From positions 1 to 59,167 of the forward strand of contig JBBRGS010000001.1 in assembly GCA_038240635.1 (NCBI GenBank): 59,167 nt of DNA, read 5' to 3'. A program made the translations under genes and the position numbers. Origin of the DNA: Armatimonadota bacterium. GTDB lineage: Bacteria; Armatimonadota; DTGP01; JAHWJO01. Below the pieces are notes generated by a model. The model ran no database searches. It had not been told where the DNA came from and saw nothing but the letters and a program-made list of their open reading frames with translations. This document shows positions 47,246-55,783 of this stretch, piece after piece; within the stretch, counting starts at the first letter, position 1; each line of letters opens with the position of its first letter.

Positions 47246-47490
47246 GGTAGAGAGATTGTAGCGGACCTGGCGTCAAACTCGCAGGGGGTGGAAGAGTTCA
47301 GGCTCGTGACTACCGGATGCATGGCTCCCCTGGGCTACCCGCTGGGGGAGTCGACATCGCGGGAAGCCTCTCCTGGAAGGGCCAGTGTGGACGGTCCCAT
47401 CGGCTTAAGATTTTTCCTCTGGACCATCAGGGCGGTATAATCCCAACCGATAAGGGGGGCGAACCGGGAATAGGGAGGAATAATCACCTC

Positions 47491-49380
47491 ATGTCGGAGG
47501 ATTCAACAGAAAGGGCAGACTCGGAAGAGGCGGAAAGGGAAGGATTGCCGATTGCGCCGGGGATGGAAATGGCGCTGGAGGAGATGCGGGTTCCACAACC
47601 GTACGCGCCGGTGGATCAGCGGGTCTGGTTCGTTAGCGGAGTGGCGGTGGTCGTTGCCGTTTTTGCGGGTTTGGTCGCTCAGTTTCTGACTCGTCTCATC
47701 GGGGTCTTTACCAACCTCTCCTTTTATGGGCGGTTCTCGACTCAGTTCACTTCTCCCGCCGGGAATCATCTCGGCCTCTGGGTGATTCCCGTTCCCGTAC
47801 TGGGGGGATTAGTGGTCGGGTTGATGGCCCGGTACGGCTCCAGGGCGATCCGAGGCCACGGCATCCCCGAAGCGATGGAGCAGATTCTCACCAACGAGAG
47901 CCGGATTCCTCCGCGCGTGACCTTCCTCAAGCCGCTCTCCGCCGCCATCGCCATTGGAACCGGCGGGCCGTTTGGGGCGGAAGGCCCGATTATCGCCACG
48001 GGCGGCGCGCTGGGGTCCGTTTTCGGACAACTCCTGCGCACCACGGCGACGGAGCGGAAGATTCTGCTGGCCGCCGGGGCCGCCGCAGGGATGGCGGCCA
48101 CCTTTGGAAGCCCCGTCTCCGCCGTCATTCTGGCGGTCGAACTCCTCCTGTTTGAATTTCGGCCCCGTTCGCTGATTCCGGTCGCGCTGGCGAGCGTCGT
48201 GGCGACGGGGGTTCGGATGTCGTTCGTGGGAACCGCTCCGGTGTTCCCGATGGAGCATTTGGCGAAGCCGTCCGGCGCGGCGCTGGCTTCCTACATCGCG
48301 CTGGGCGGGGTCATCGGCGTCCTGTCCGTGTGGGTCACCCGCTCGGTTTACGCCATTGAAGACCTGTTTGAACGGCTGCCGATCTCCTTTGTCTGGTGGC
48401 CGGCGCTGGGAGGGCTGGCGGTCGGCGTCTGCGGCTATTTCGCTCCCCGTACGCTGGGAGTGGGTTACGTCAACATTGAGGATATTGTCGGCGGGCGCCT
48501 CATGGGATCGGCGCTCCTGTTTCTTGTCGTGATGAAGTTCCTCTCATGGTCCATTTCGCTGGGGAGCGGCACGTCAGGCGGCACCCTGGCGCCTCTCTTT
48601 ACCATCGGGGGCGGGGCGGGTTCGGCGCTCGGCCTGGGCCTTGCCGCCGCGTTTCCGATGCTTGGGGTGGACCCTCGAATCGCGGGGCTGGTGGGCATGG
48701 CGGCGATCTTCGCGGGCGCGTCCCGCGCGCTGCTGACCTCGGTGGTGTTCGCGTTTGAAACCACTCTGCAACCGATGGGTCTGCTCCCCCTGCTTGGAGG
48801 GTGCACCGCCGCCTACCTCGTTTCCAGCCTCCTGATGGAGCACACGATCATGACGGAGAAGATCGCCCGGCGAGGGGTAAAGGTGCCGTCGGAATACTCG
48901 GCGGATTACCTGGAGCAAATCACCGCCCGCATGGTCGCAAGTCAGCCCGTCATCACGCTGAACGCGCAGGATGCGCTCGGTCAGGTGAGGGGATGGATCG
49001 CCTCCGGGACACCGGAAAGCCGCCACCAGGGGTATCCCGTCGTCAATTTGGAAGAGCGCCTGATCGGCGTCCTCACGCGGCGGGACCTCCTTGACCCTAC
49101 TCATCCGGAGGACGTTCTCGTCGGTGCGCTGGTGACGCGACCTCCCGCCGTCGTTTATGAGGACAGCACCCTCCGCGAGGCCGCCGATCACATGATCAAC
49201 GAAGACATAGGCCGTCTGCCTGTCGTGGAGCGGGAGAACCCGCGCCAGGTGATCGGGATGCTCACCCGGAGCGATATCCTAAAGGCTCACCGGAAGCGCC
49301 TGGATGAAACCCACAAGGTCCACCGTCACCTTCGACTACGGCGGGGCCTCGGCTCCCTCGAATTGCACGAGGAAGGCTGA
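47491..49380 (+). CDS. ClC-family chloride channel/antiporter with a C-terminal CBS pair, 629 aa
   Basis: ATG at 47491 after GGGAGG, in ORF 47317..49380. GHGIPE and GAEGP selectivity-filter motifs. CBS-type C-terminus. Confidence 0.88.
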   Translation: MSEDSTERADSEEAEREGLPIAPGMEMALEEMRVPQPYAPVDQRVWFVSGVAVVVAVFAGLVAQFLTRLIGVFTNLSFYGRFSTQFTSPAGNHLGLWVIPVPVLGGLVVGLMARYGSRAIRGHGIPEAMEQILTNESRIPPRVTFLKPLSAAIAIGTGGPFGAEGPIIATGGALGSVFGQLLRTTATERKILLAAGAAAGMAATFGSPVSAVILAVELLLFEFRPRSLIPVALASVVATGVRMSFVGTAPVFPMEHLAKPSGAALASYIALGGVIGVLSVWVTRSVYAIEDLFERLPISFVWWPALGGLAVGVCGYFAPRTLGVGYVNIEDIVGGRLMGSALLFLVVMKFLSWSISLGSGTSGGTLAPLFTIGGGAGSALGLGLAAAFPMLGVDPRIAGLVGMAAIFAGASRALLTSVVFAFETTLQPMGLLPLLGGCTAAYLVSSLLMEHTIMTEKIARRGVKVPSEYSADYLEQITARMVASQPVITLNAQDALGQVRGWIASGTPESRHQGYPVVNLEERLIGVLTRRDLLDPTHPEDVLVGALVTRPPAVVYEDSTLREAADHMINEDIGRLPVVERENPRQVIGMLTRSDILKAHRKRLDETHKVHRHLRLRRGLGSLELHEEG

Positions 49381-49574
49381 TCGTTTTCCCGCCCCTCTTA
49401 TCAGATCGGCGTTTGAAGAGAGCGAACCACACCTCTCATGCCGGGCCATGAGGGGTGATGGACTTTTCCCTGATTGAGACACCCTTTCACCGCTCCCTTT
49501 TGAGAGGGCGGCTTGCGCGCAAAGGGCCGAAGGCGCGCCGCCCCCGGCCCCTCGTCTGCCCTTCTGTGAGTGGA

Positions 49575-50369
49575 TCAGCCGCTCATGGTCACGAAGTCGG
49601 TTAACACGAACTGGTACGCTTTCGCTGAATCGTCCCATGTGGCCGTCATGCGGGTGGGGAACCGGGTCGCTCGGCCCAGGACCGCCGGGCGCGGAACCGC
49701 CATCGTGAAGCTCTGCTTCTGCATCAGTTTGGCCTGCGTCACCATCGGCTCCACGAACGTCATCTGGCCGCCCCAGTATCCCATGATCATGGTGGACGTA
49801 AAGATCGCCCCCTCGGCCATATCCGCGTTGGGACCCGCGTGGACCCCCATCTGTGGCACGGCGGCCATCACGCCGGGGTAGGTGTAGCCGGCGGGCACGC
49901 GATCCGCCGACGGCGCCACGGTGTCGGGAGGAGTCACCGTCATCACGGCATCCGGAGTGATGGCGTAGAAGTGGAAGTCGAAGTGCGGTTGCATGTAGAT
50001 ATTTGGCGGATGACCTTGCGGGTTCCACTGCATCTCGAAGTGATTGATGAAGGTCGTGTTCGCCACTTCCGCCGGGAACGGCAGCGTCACGAGCGCTCCC
50101 GCTGGTCCCGCTCCTGGTGTGGCGGGCGGCGCTTCCAGCAGGGCGATGGGGACCGTGACCCCCGCCTCCGTCACCGTGTCGCCGTTCATGCGCGCCCACG
50201 ACGAGACCGTGGAACCCGCCACCGTTTGAGATGTTCCCGCGACGATGCGGTCATTGTTTGATCCGCCGCCACAGCCCGCCAGGGCGATCACGGCGGCCAG
50301 GGCCGCCACCGTGAACCCGCCGCGACGCGCCCGTGAAGCGCTGGGCCGCTTCCTGTTCTGATGTCGCAT
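49575..50369 (-). CDS. Lipoprotein of unknown function, 264 aa
   Basis: ATG (rc of 50367-50369) in ORF 49575..50591. MRHQNRKRPSASRARRGGFTVAALAAVIALAGCGGG has a lipobox. HFEMQWNPQGHPP...HFDFHFY motif with no secure family call. Confidence 0.6.
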   Translation of the reverse strand: MRHQNRKRPSASRARRGGFTVAALAAVIALAGCGGGSNNDRIVAGTSQTVAGSTVSSWARMNGDTVTEAGVTVPIALLEAPPATPGAGPAGALVTLPFPAEVANTTFINHFEMQWNPQGHPPNIYMQPHFDFHFYAITPDAVMTVTPPDTVAPSADRVPAGYTYPGVMAAVPQMGVHAGPNADMAEGAIFTSTMIMGYWGGQMTFVEPMVTQAKLMQKQSFTMAVPRPAVLGRATRFPTRMTATWDDSAKAYQFVLTDFVTMSG

Positions 50370-50508
50370 GTGAGGTCGCCTTTCCCTGCCGACGGGAACG
50401 GGACGACCGGACGCCCCAAAGAGCGCCCCGCCGTCCCGTTCGAGTGAAACTCGCGCGAAGAAGACCGCTCGGTTTCCTGTGAGCGAGCCATCCCCCTGCG
50501 TAAGTCTA

Positions 50509-51384
50509 CTATCCGCCGTTCTCTCGCACAACTCCTTCCAGGTACTCCTTCGCCCGGAGCAAACCTTCCTGCTGCGCTTCCGGGGTGTCATTGAACCGCA
50601 TATCTTCCAGCTCCACGCTCAGCGGGCCGGTGTAGCCGAAGTCTTCCAGCCGCGCCACCACGACGTTCCAGTCCACTTCGCCGGTGCCGGGGATGCAGTA
50701 GCGCCACCACCGCTCGCCGAAGCCGTATTCCGGGTTGCCCACGCTGTCGCCGTAGATGCCACACTCGTAGAGGCGCTCCTCGTTGATCTCGGTGTCCTTC
50801 GCGTGCACGTGGTACACCCGGTCGCCGAACTCATGGAGGGCGCGGATGTAATCAATCTGCATCCGGACGAGGTGGGACGGGTCGAAGCAGAGGCCGAGCG
50901 CTTTGCTGGGGCACTCTTTGAAGATGGCGCGCCACATTTCCGGGGTGCAGCCGAGCATGCCGTAGCGCGGAGGGCCGCCCGGCCACGGCTCGATGGCGAT
51001 CTTCAGGCCGAGCTCTTCGGCGTATTCCACCACGGGCGGATACGCCTTCTTCCACACCTCGAAGTTCTCGGCGCGCGGACGGGACGCGTCCTCCGGCCCC
51101 AACACCGTGAAGAGCACCTTGGCGCCCAGGTCCGCCGACCGCTTCATCCCGGCCTTCAGTTTCTCCAGGTTCTCCGCCCGCTTCGTCTCGTCGGCGGTGA
51201 TGACGGAGGGACCGCCCATGTCCACCGTGCCGAGTTCCAGCCCGCTCTTCTCCATGGCGCTGTGAATTTCCGGCGTGAGGGCGGGCGTATCGAACGCGCC
51301 AAAGCCGCTGTCGGCGGCCCACTCAATCACCCCGGCCATGCCCATCTGCCGCGTCATGCCGCAGGGTCTCATGCTGATCTTCAT
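50509..51384 (-). CDS. Sugar phosphate isomerase/epimerase (xylose isomerase-like TIM barrel), 291 aa
   Basis: ATG (rc of 51382-51384) after AAGGAG. IAIEPWPG...HVHAKD pattern. Confidence 0.75.
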   Translation of the reverse strand: MKISMRPCGMTRQMGMAGVIEWAADSGFGAFDTPALTPEIHSAMEKSGLELGTVDMGGPSVITADETKRAENLEKLKAGMKRSADLGAKVLFTVLGPEDASRPRAENFEVWKKAYPPVVEYAEELGLKIAIEPWPGGPPRYGMLGCTPEMWRAIFKECPSKALGLCFDPSHLVRMQIDYIRALHEFGDRVYHVHAKDTEINEERLYECGIYGDSVGNPEYGFGERWWRYCIPGTGEVDWNVVVARLEDFGYTGPLSVELEDMRFNDTPEAQQEGLLRAKEYLEGVVRENGG

Positions 51385-51644
51385 GCCCACTCCTTCGGGA
51401 AGGTTGCCGCTGTTCACGCGCCGACAGGCCGTTGGGTCGCCTCGGAAGGTGGAGGGTTGGCCTCATCACCCGGAAGTCGGGCGCGGCGCGGGCGCACACG
51501 GGCGCCTCCTCCGTGTTCGACCGCCCGAAGGCATCCCCTGCCCCAATTCCGCGAAAGGCCGGGCGTCCCGAAGAGACTCCTTCGACACCCGGCCCATGCC
51601 CGCGCGGTCCTGCATCCGCTCGCCGTCACTCTCCGGCGTTTCGC

Positions 51645-52457
51645 TTACTTCGCCTTGCGGTCTTCCTTCTTCTCGTCAGTGGAGGGCGCTTCTCCCTGCC
51701 GAATCTCAGCTGCCATCTGCTTCAGGCGCGCCACGCGATTGCCCGTGTTGGGATGGGAGCCGAACCAGCTCGCCATCTTCGATTTGTCCGAGCCGTACTT
51801 GTCCTGAAGGACCCCCATCATGTCGGCGGCGCTCTCCACGCGATACCCCGCCTTTTCCATGCCGAGGATGCCGCCCCGGTCCGCCTCGTATTCGTGCTTG
51901 CGGCTGAAGTGGCCGCCATACAGCCCGCTGGCGATGTTCACCATGTCGTTGGTCGTTTGAGCGCTGCTCCCCGTTACCTTGCCCAGCAGCAGGCCGCCCA
52001 GCGCGCCCAGAAGGCTGCTCTTCGTTTGGGAGCGGGAATGCTTCTTCGTGACGTGCGTCATCTCGTGGCCGACGACGAACGCCACCGACGCTTCGGGGTC
52101 GGGGGTCTTGCGCGCCGCCGTCAGCAGGCCCACCAGCACGTAAATCCGCCCATCCGGGAGGGCGAAGGCGTTGATCTCCTCGTCCTTCTTTGGGTCCTTT
52201 CCGCCCAGGAGTATGGCGGATTTCGGAGTGAAGCCGACCGCGTCGGACATCCGGGCCACAATGCGATCCAGCATCGCGTTCATATCGCGGCGCTCGGCGG
52301 TGTCGTTGCCCACCACACCGTAAGCTTTTTCAACCTGGGCGCCCACGTCATCGGCCCGCGCGAGTCGGCTCCCGAAGGTTCCCAGGCCGAGGATGCCGAG
52401 GGTCAACAGGAGACCGATCAACCCAGGGCGGCGATTCCTGCGAAAAATGGAGTTCAT
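51645..52457 (-). CDS. M48-family zinc metallopeptidase, 270 aa
   Basis: ATG (rc of 52455-52457) after AGGAG. Signal/TM segment. FVVGHEMTHV is an HExxH motif. The C-terminus is similar to the partial gene at 58954. Confidence 0.8.
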   Translation of the reverse strand: MNSIFRRNRRPGLIGLLLTLGILGLGTFGSRLARADDVGAQVEKAYGVVGNDTAERRDMNAMLDRIVARMSDAVGFTPKSAILLGGKDPKKDEEINAFALPDGRIYVLVGLLTAARKTPDPEASVAFVVGHEMTHVTKKHSRSQTKSSLLGALGGLLLGKVTGSSAQTTNDMVNIASGLYGGHFSRKHEYEADRGGILGMEKAGYRVESAADMMGVLQDKYGSDKSKMASWFGSHPNTGNRVARLKQMAAEIRQGEAPSTDEKKEDRKAK

Positions 52458-52692
52458 GCGGCGCTCCTCTCGTGACAACTGAAGCTACAAGTGATAGGAT
52501 GTTGGATAGGGGGAACCGATCAGACGCTCATGGAATGCGACGAGGGCTTTTCCGAGGGATCGGGAGGTCCGCTCAGGCGCCGCGAACGCAACGCCGAGAG
52601 GTTTTGACACTTTCGCCATACCTAATCAGCAGTCGGTGTAGTTATGGTTCAAAGGGGTGGGGCGGTTGACCTGCCTGCCAGACACCTTCTGA

Positions 52693-54525
52693 ATGACTTC
52701 ATTCATAAAGCGGACTTCACCGATGAAACTTATCTCCCTGAACTCACCCCCCGCATCCTTCGCTCCCCGGAGCGCATCCCGACGGGGCTGGGCTCTCGCG
52801 GCCCTGCTCATCATTGGATTGACCCTGGGAGCCAGCAGCGTCACTTTGGCTGCGACCCGGTTGCGCGGCGATGTGGATCAAAACGGAACCGTCAGCGTTT
52901 TGGACGCCATCATGATTCTGCGCGAGGCCGTCGGCGTGATCACTTTCGACGCGGATCAGACGCTTTTGGGCGACGTGAACGCGGACGGGAAGATCAACAC
53001 CAACGACGCCATCCTGACGCTGCGCCGTTCCACCGGCCTGGTGGGCGATTTGGGCGTCGTCACCCTGCCCGACGCCTCCACCGTCTCTGTCTCCATTATA
53101 AACAACGAAACCCGCTTCGAGGTTCCCGGCGTCGGCCAGGCGTTCGGCGCCCTGCGGGTTACGCAAGGGACTCACAGCGTGACCACCGCCTCGTCTGCCC
53201 TGGAGCCTCACGGGGACCGAGCCGCCCTCCGCCTGCGCAAGGCGATCCAGTACCAACTCTCCGACCGGCTCATCGGCAACGACTACGCCGCCCTGACCGG
53301 CTTCACGCCGTCCCTTCCGGCGCGTGTGGAGGTCCTCACCGCTCCCGCCGCCACCGGCCCGTACGCCGTCGCAGGCGAGACCGAGGTCATCCCTCTGATT
53401 CACGCCTACGACCTCGAAGTGCAGGGCGCGAGAACGCCGGAACTGACCCTCATTTCCCCCTTCCCCGATACCGCACACGTCGGCGACACCGTGACCCTCA
53501 CCGGCCATGCGCTGGTGGACCTCCGCGCGGACGCTTTTGTCGTTCCTCCCCACGGTTTCCCGGTGAAAGTTGCCCTCCAGAGCGTCACTCCCCTGGACCT
53601 CAGCGGCGTATTTGGCGCCACATTGCCCGCCGGCAGCGACTTCACGATGACGTATCGCGTCTCGGCGCCAGGCCTCCATACCGTGGAGATCAACAATTAT
53701 CCCGGCTCGGCGGCCCTCAACCGGGCGTTCTATGTCGGTCCCGGTATCCCGTTGCTCGCCGGGCCTCTCGACAGCCAGACGGTCCTGACGCCGGGGGAGA
53801 CCCTGGACGTGGCCGCCGTGCGAAGTGAATGGTTCGCGCGGCTCAACGCTGACCGAGCGACGTTCGGGCTGTCTTCGCTGACGGCGGATGAGCGCTTGCA
53901 GGCCGTCGCGCAGGCCCACACCGACGAGATGGTGACGCAGGGGTACTTCGGTCACGTAGGGCTGGATGGCAGCACGCCCGGATCACGCGCTCAGGGGCTG
54001 GGAATCCCGGTCACGTCGCTGGTCGGGGAGAACCTGTCTCAGGGGTTCAGCGCGGCGGAACTGGAAGCGGGCCTGATGGCGAGCGCTGTGCATCGGGAGA
54101 ACATTCTGAACGGCCAGTGGAGCCAGGTCGGCCTCGGTGTGGGCCTCACCTCCAACGCCACGATCTATGGGGAACAGACCTTCGAGGCGAAAGCGGGAGC
54201 CTTCACCCAACCCGCCGACTATTTTCCCGGCGTGACCATGGACCGTCCGATCCCGACGAGTTACGCGGTGGGGCGGCCGGTCACGATCAGCGGCCAGGCG
54301 GCGCCGGACACGAAAACCGTCCTCTTCTTCTTTGTTAATCCCCTCACCAAAGCGCAGGCCCTCTTCCCCCGCAGCCCGGCGTCGGTGGACGCGCAGGGTC
54401 GGTTCGCGGTGGACGTGCAGTTCGGCCCTACGGATGTGGGCGACCTGCTCATGGGCGTCTCGATCAACGGTTCCACCCGTTCCAAAGCAACCTATGTGAG
54501 GGTGGGGACACCGTTGGACGACTGA
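52693..54525 (+). CDS. Secreted protein with N-terminal dockerin-type repeats and a C-terminal CAP/SCP (PR-1-like) domain, 610 aa
   Basis: ORF track (alternative start at 52723). GDVDQNGTVSVLDAIMIL and GDVNADGKINTNDAILTL are Ca-binding dockerin repeats. The C-terminal half has ...HTDEMVTQGYFGHVGLDGSTPGSR...HRENILNGQW, the CAP domain. Confidence 0.75.
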   Translation: MTSFIKRTSPMKLISLNSPPASFAPRSASRRGWALAALLIIGLTLGASSVTLAATRLRGDVDQNGTVSVLDAIMILREAVGVITFDADQTLLGDVNADGKINTNDAILTLRRSTGLVGDLGVVTLPDASTVSVSIINNETRFEVPGVGQAFGALRVTQGTHSVTTASSALEPHGDRAALRLRKAIQYQLSDRLIGNDYAALTGFTPSLPARVEVLTAPAATGPYAVAGETEVIPLIHAYDLEVQGARTPELTLISPFPDTAHVGDTVTLTGHALVDLRADAFVVPPHGFPVKVALQSVTPLDLSGVFGATLPAGSDFTMTYRVSAPGLHTVEINNYPGSAALNRAFYVGPGIPLLAGPLDSQTVLTPGETLDVAAVRSEWFARLNADRATFGLSSLTADERLQAVAQAHTDEMVTQGYFGHVGLDGSTPGSRAQGLGIPVTSLVGENLSQGFSAAELEAGLMASAVHRENILNGQWSQVGLGVGLTSNATIYGEQTFEAKAGAFTQPADYFPGVTMDRPIPTSYAVGRPVTISGQAAPDTKTVLFFFVNPLTKAQALFPRSPASVDAQGRFAVDVQFGPTDVGDLLMGVSINGSTRSKATYVRVGTPLDD

Positions 54526-54643
54526 TTTCTCCCCCAGGAGACTCAGGGGACTTAGAGGCGCTCTGTCGCTTCCATCGCCCCCCTGAGGCCCCTGCTGAGT
54601 TGGGCGTTGACCCTGAGGTTTGGTCCTGAACCTGGCGAAGAAT

Positions 54644-55477
54644 TTACGGCAGCGGGACCGGCAGGGGGTTCCGGGTGAGGTCGCCGTTCAGGGGAGTCCG
54701 ATTGACGGTTTTCCCACCGGTTTCGAGGAGGAAGCCGTTCCCGGACGGCGCGGCGCTCACGTTCATGGTCGGGGTGTCGTCGGCGGTGAAGCGGGCGCGG
54801 GTCAGCGCCACCCAATCCCCCTGCGGCGTTTGAACCCAGCCGTTGCCGAACCGCGCCCTCCGCGACTCGGTGGCGCTCTTTCCATCCCGGCGGAAATCCT
54901 CGATGAAGCAGTAGAGCGACTTCAGCAGGCTGCCGCCGGTGCGCGTGCGAAACGTGGCGATGGGCTGCCACCGCTTCGGGCCGGGGAGATAGAAATAGGC
55001 GCTGAAACTGGTTTTATCCCCCTCCGGCGCAGCCTTCAGCAGGAAGTGACACGTTTCGCCGATCTTCCACGGATAGGTGAAGAAGCTCTGGCCGCCGGTG
55101 CCTTCTCCGCCAAAGCGGCCCGTCCGAACGCCGTCGCCTTTGGAAATCAACTCCACGCGATGGTCGGCGGGGACGGCGCTGGGATCGTCGCCCGCGCCGG
55201 GGTCCCACACCGAGAAGATGACGACTTTCTCGTCCCGCGCGGTGAGCTGCTGCATACCGAAGTAGCCGTGCGCGAATCCGCACACCGAGAAGTAACTGCC
55301 GGGCTGCGACTCCAGGACCGTCACTTCGTGATAGAACCAGACGGCGTCGGGCGCGGGTAGTCGCAGGTGAACCGATCGGGCGGCGCGAGGGGCCTCCGGC
55401 TTATCGGCGCCGGAGGAAGGCAGACACAACGCCAGCAGCGGGAGCAGCAGGAGCAAGCGGCACGCGTCAGTCAGCAT
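54644..55477 (-). CDS. Secreted DUF3472-like protein, 277 aa
   Basis: ORF track. Signal peptide. YFSVCGFAHGYFGMQQL...VIFSVWDPG pattern recalled from DUF3472. Confidence 0.55.
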   Translation of the reverse strand: MLTDACRLLLLLPLLALCLPSSGADKPEAPRAARSVHLRLPAPDAVWFYHEVTVLESQPGSYFSVCGFAHGYFGMQQLTARDEKVVIFSVWDPGAGDDPSAVPADHRVELISKGDGVRTGRFGGEGTGGQSFFTYPWKIGETCHFLLKAAPEGDKTSFSAYFYLPGPKRWQPIATFRTRTGGSLLKSLYCFIEDFRRDGKSATESRRARFGNGWVQTPQGDWVALTRARFTADDTPTMNVSAAPSGNGFLLETGGKTVNRTPLNGDLTRNPLPVPLP

Positions 55478-55783
55478 GAGGGGTTCAGGGGCGGTTCGGA
55501 GGGAAGATGCCGTAACGCGGGCATCTCCGAGGAGAGTACGACTACCCCCTGTTTGCGCGGGTACCGGATGTTTCCTCCCCTGGGGGCCTGCGCGTCGCCC
55601 GGCCCGGCGTCAGAATATGCCAAACTCCTTCATAATAGAGTTCCCCCGATCAATCCGTCCCTTCCCGTCGTTCGGGTCGTCCGGCGCAGCCTCCCTTACC
55701 CGCGCGCCCCCCGTGAGCGCCCCACCTTGGACGCCGCTCCGGACTCTCTCAGCCCCGCGCCCGCTCTGCGAGAAAGCGCCCCG

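Noticed and set aside
47246-47490. Fluoride (crcB-type) riboswitch upstream of the ClC gene
   Set aside because: The conserved fluoride-aptamer sequence blocks are absent. The channel also has CBS domains typical of chloride-type ClC proteins. Only a weak TATAAT at 47436-47441 is seen.
55367-55783. 139-codon N-terminal extension of the ppc ORF
   Set aside because: The extension overlaps the start of the divergent DUF3472-like gene and its promoter region and has no PEPC similarity. The conserved PEPC N-terminus begins at the ATG at 55784.
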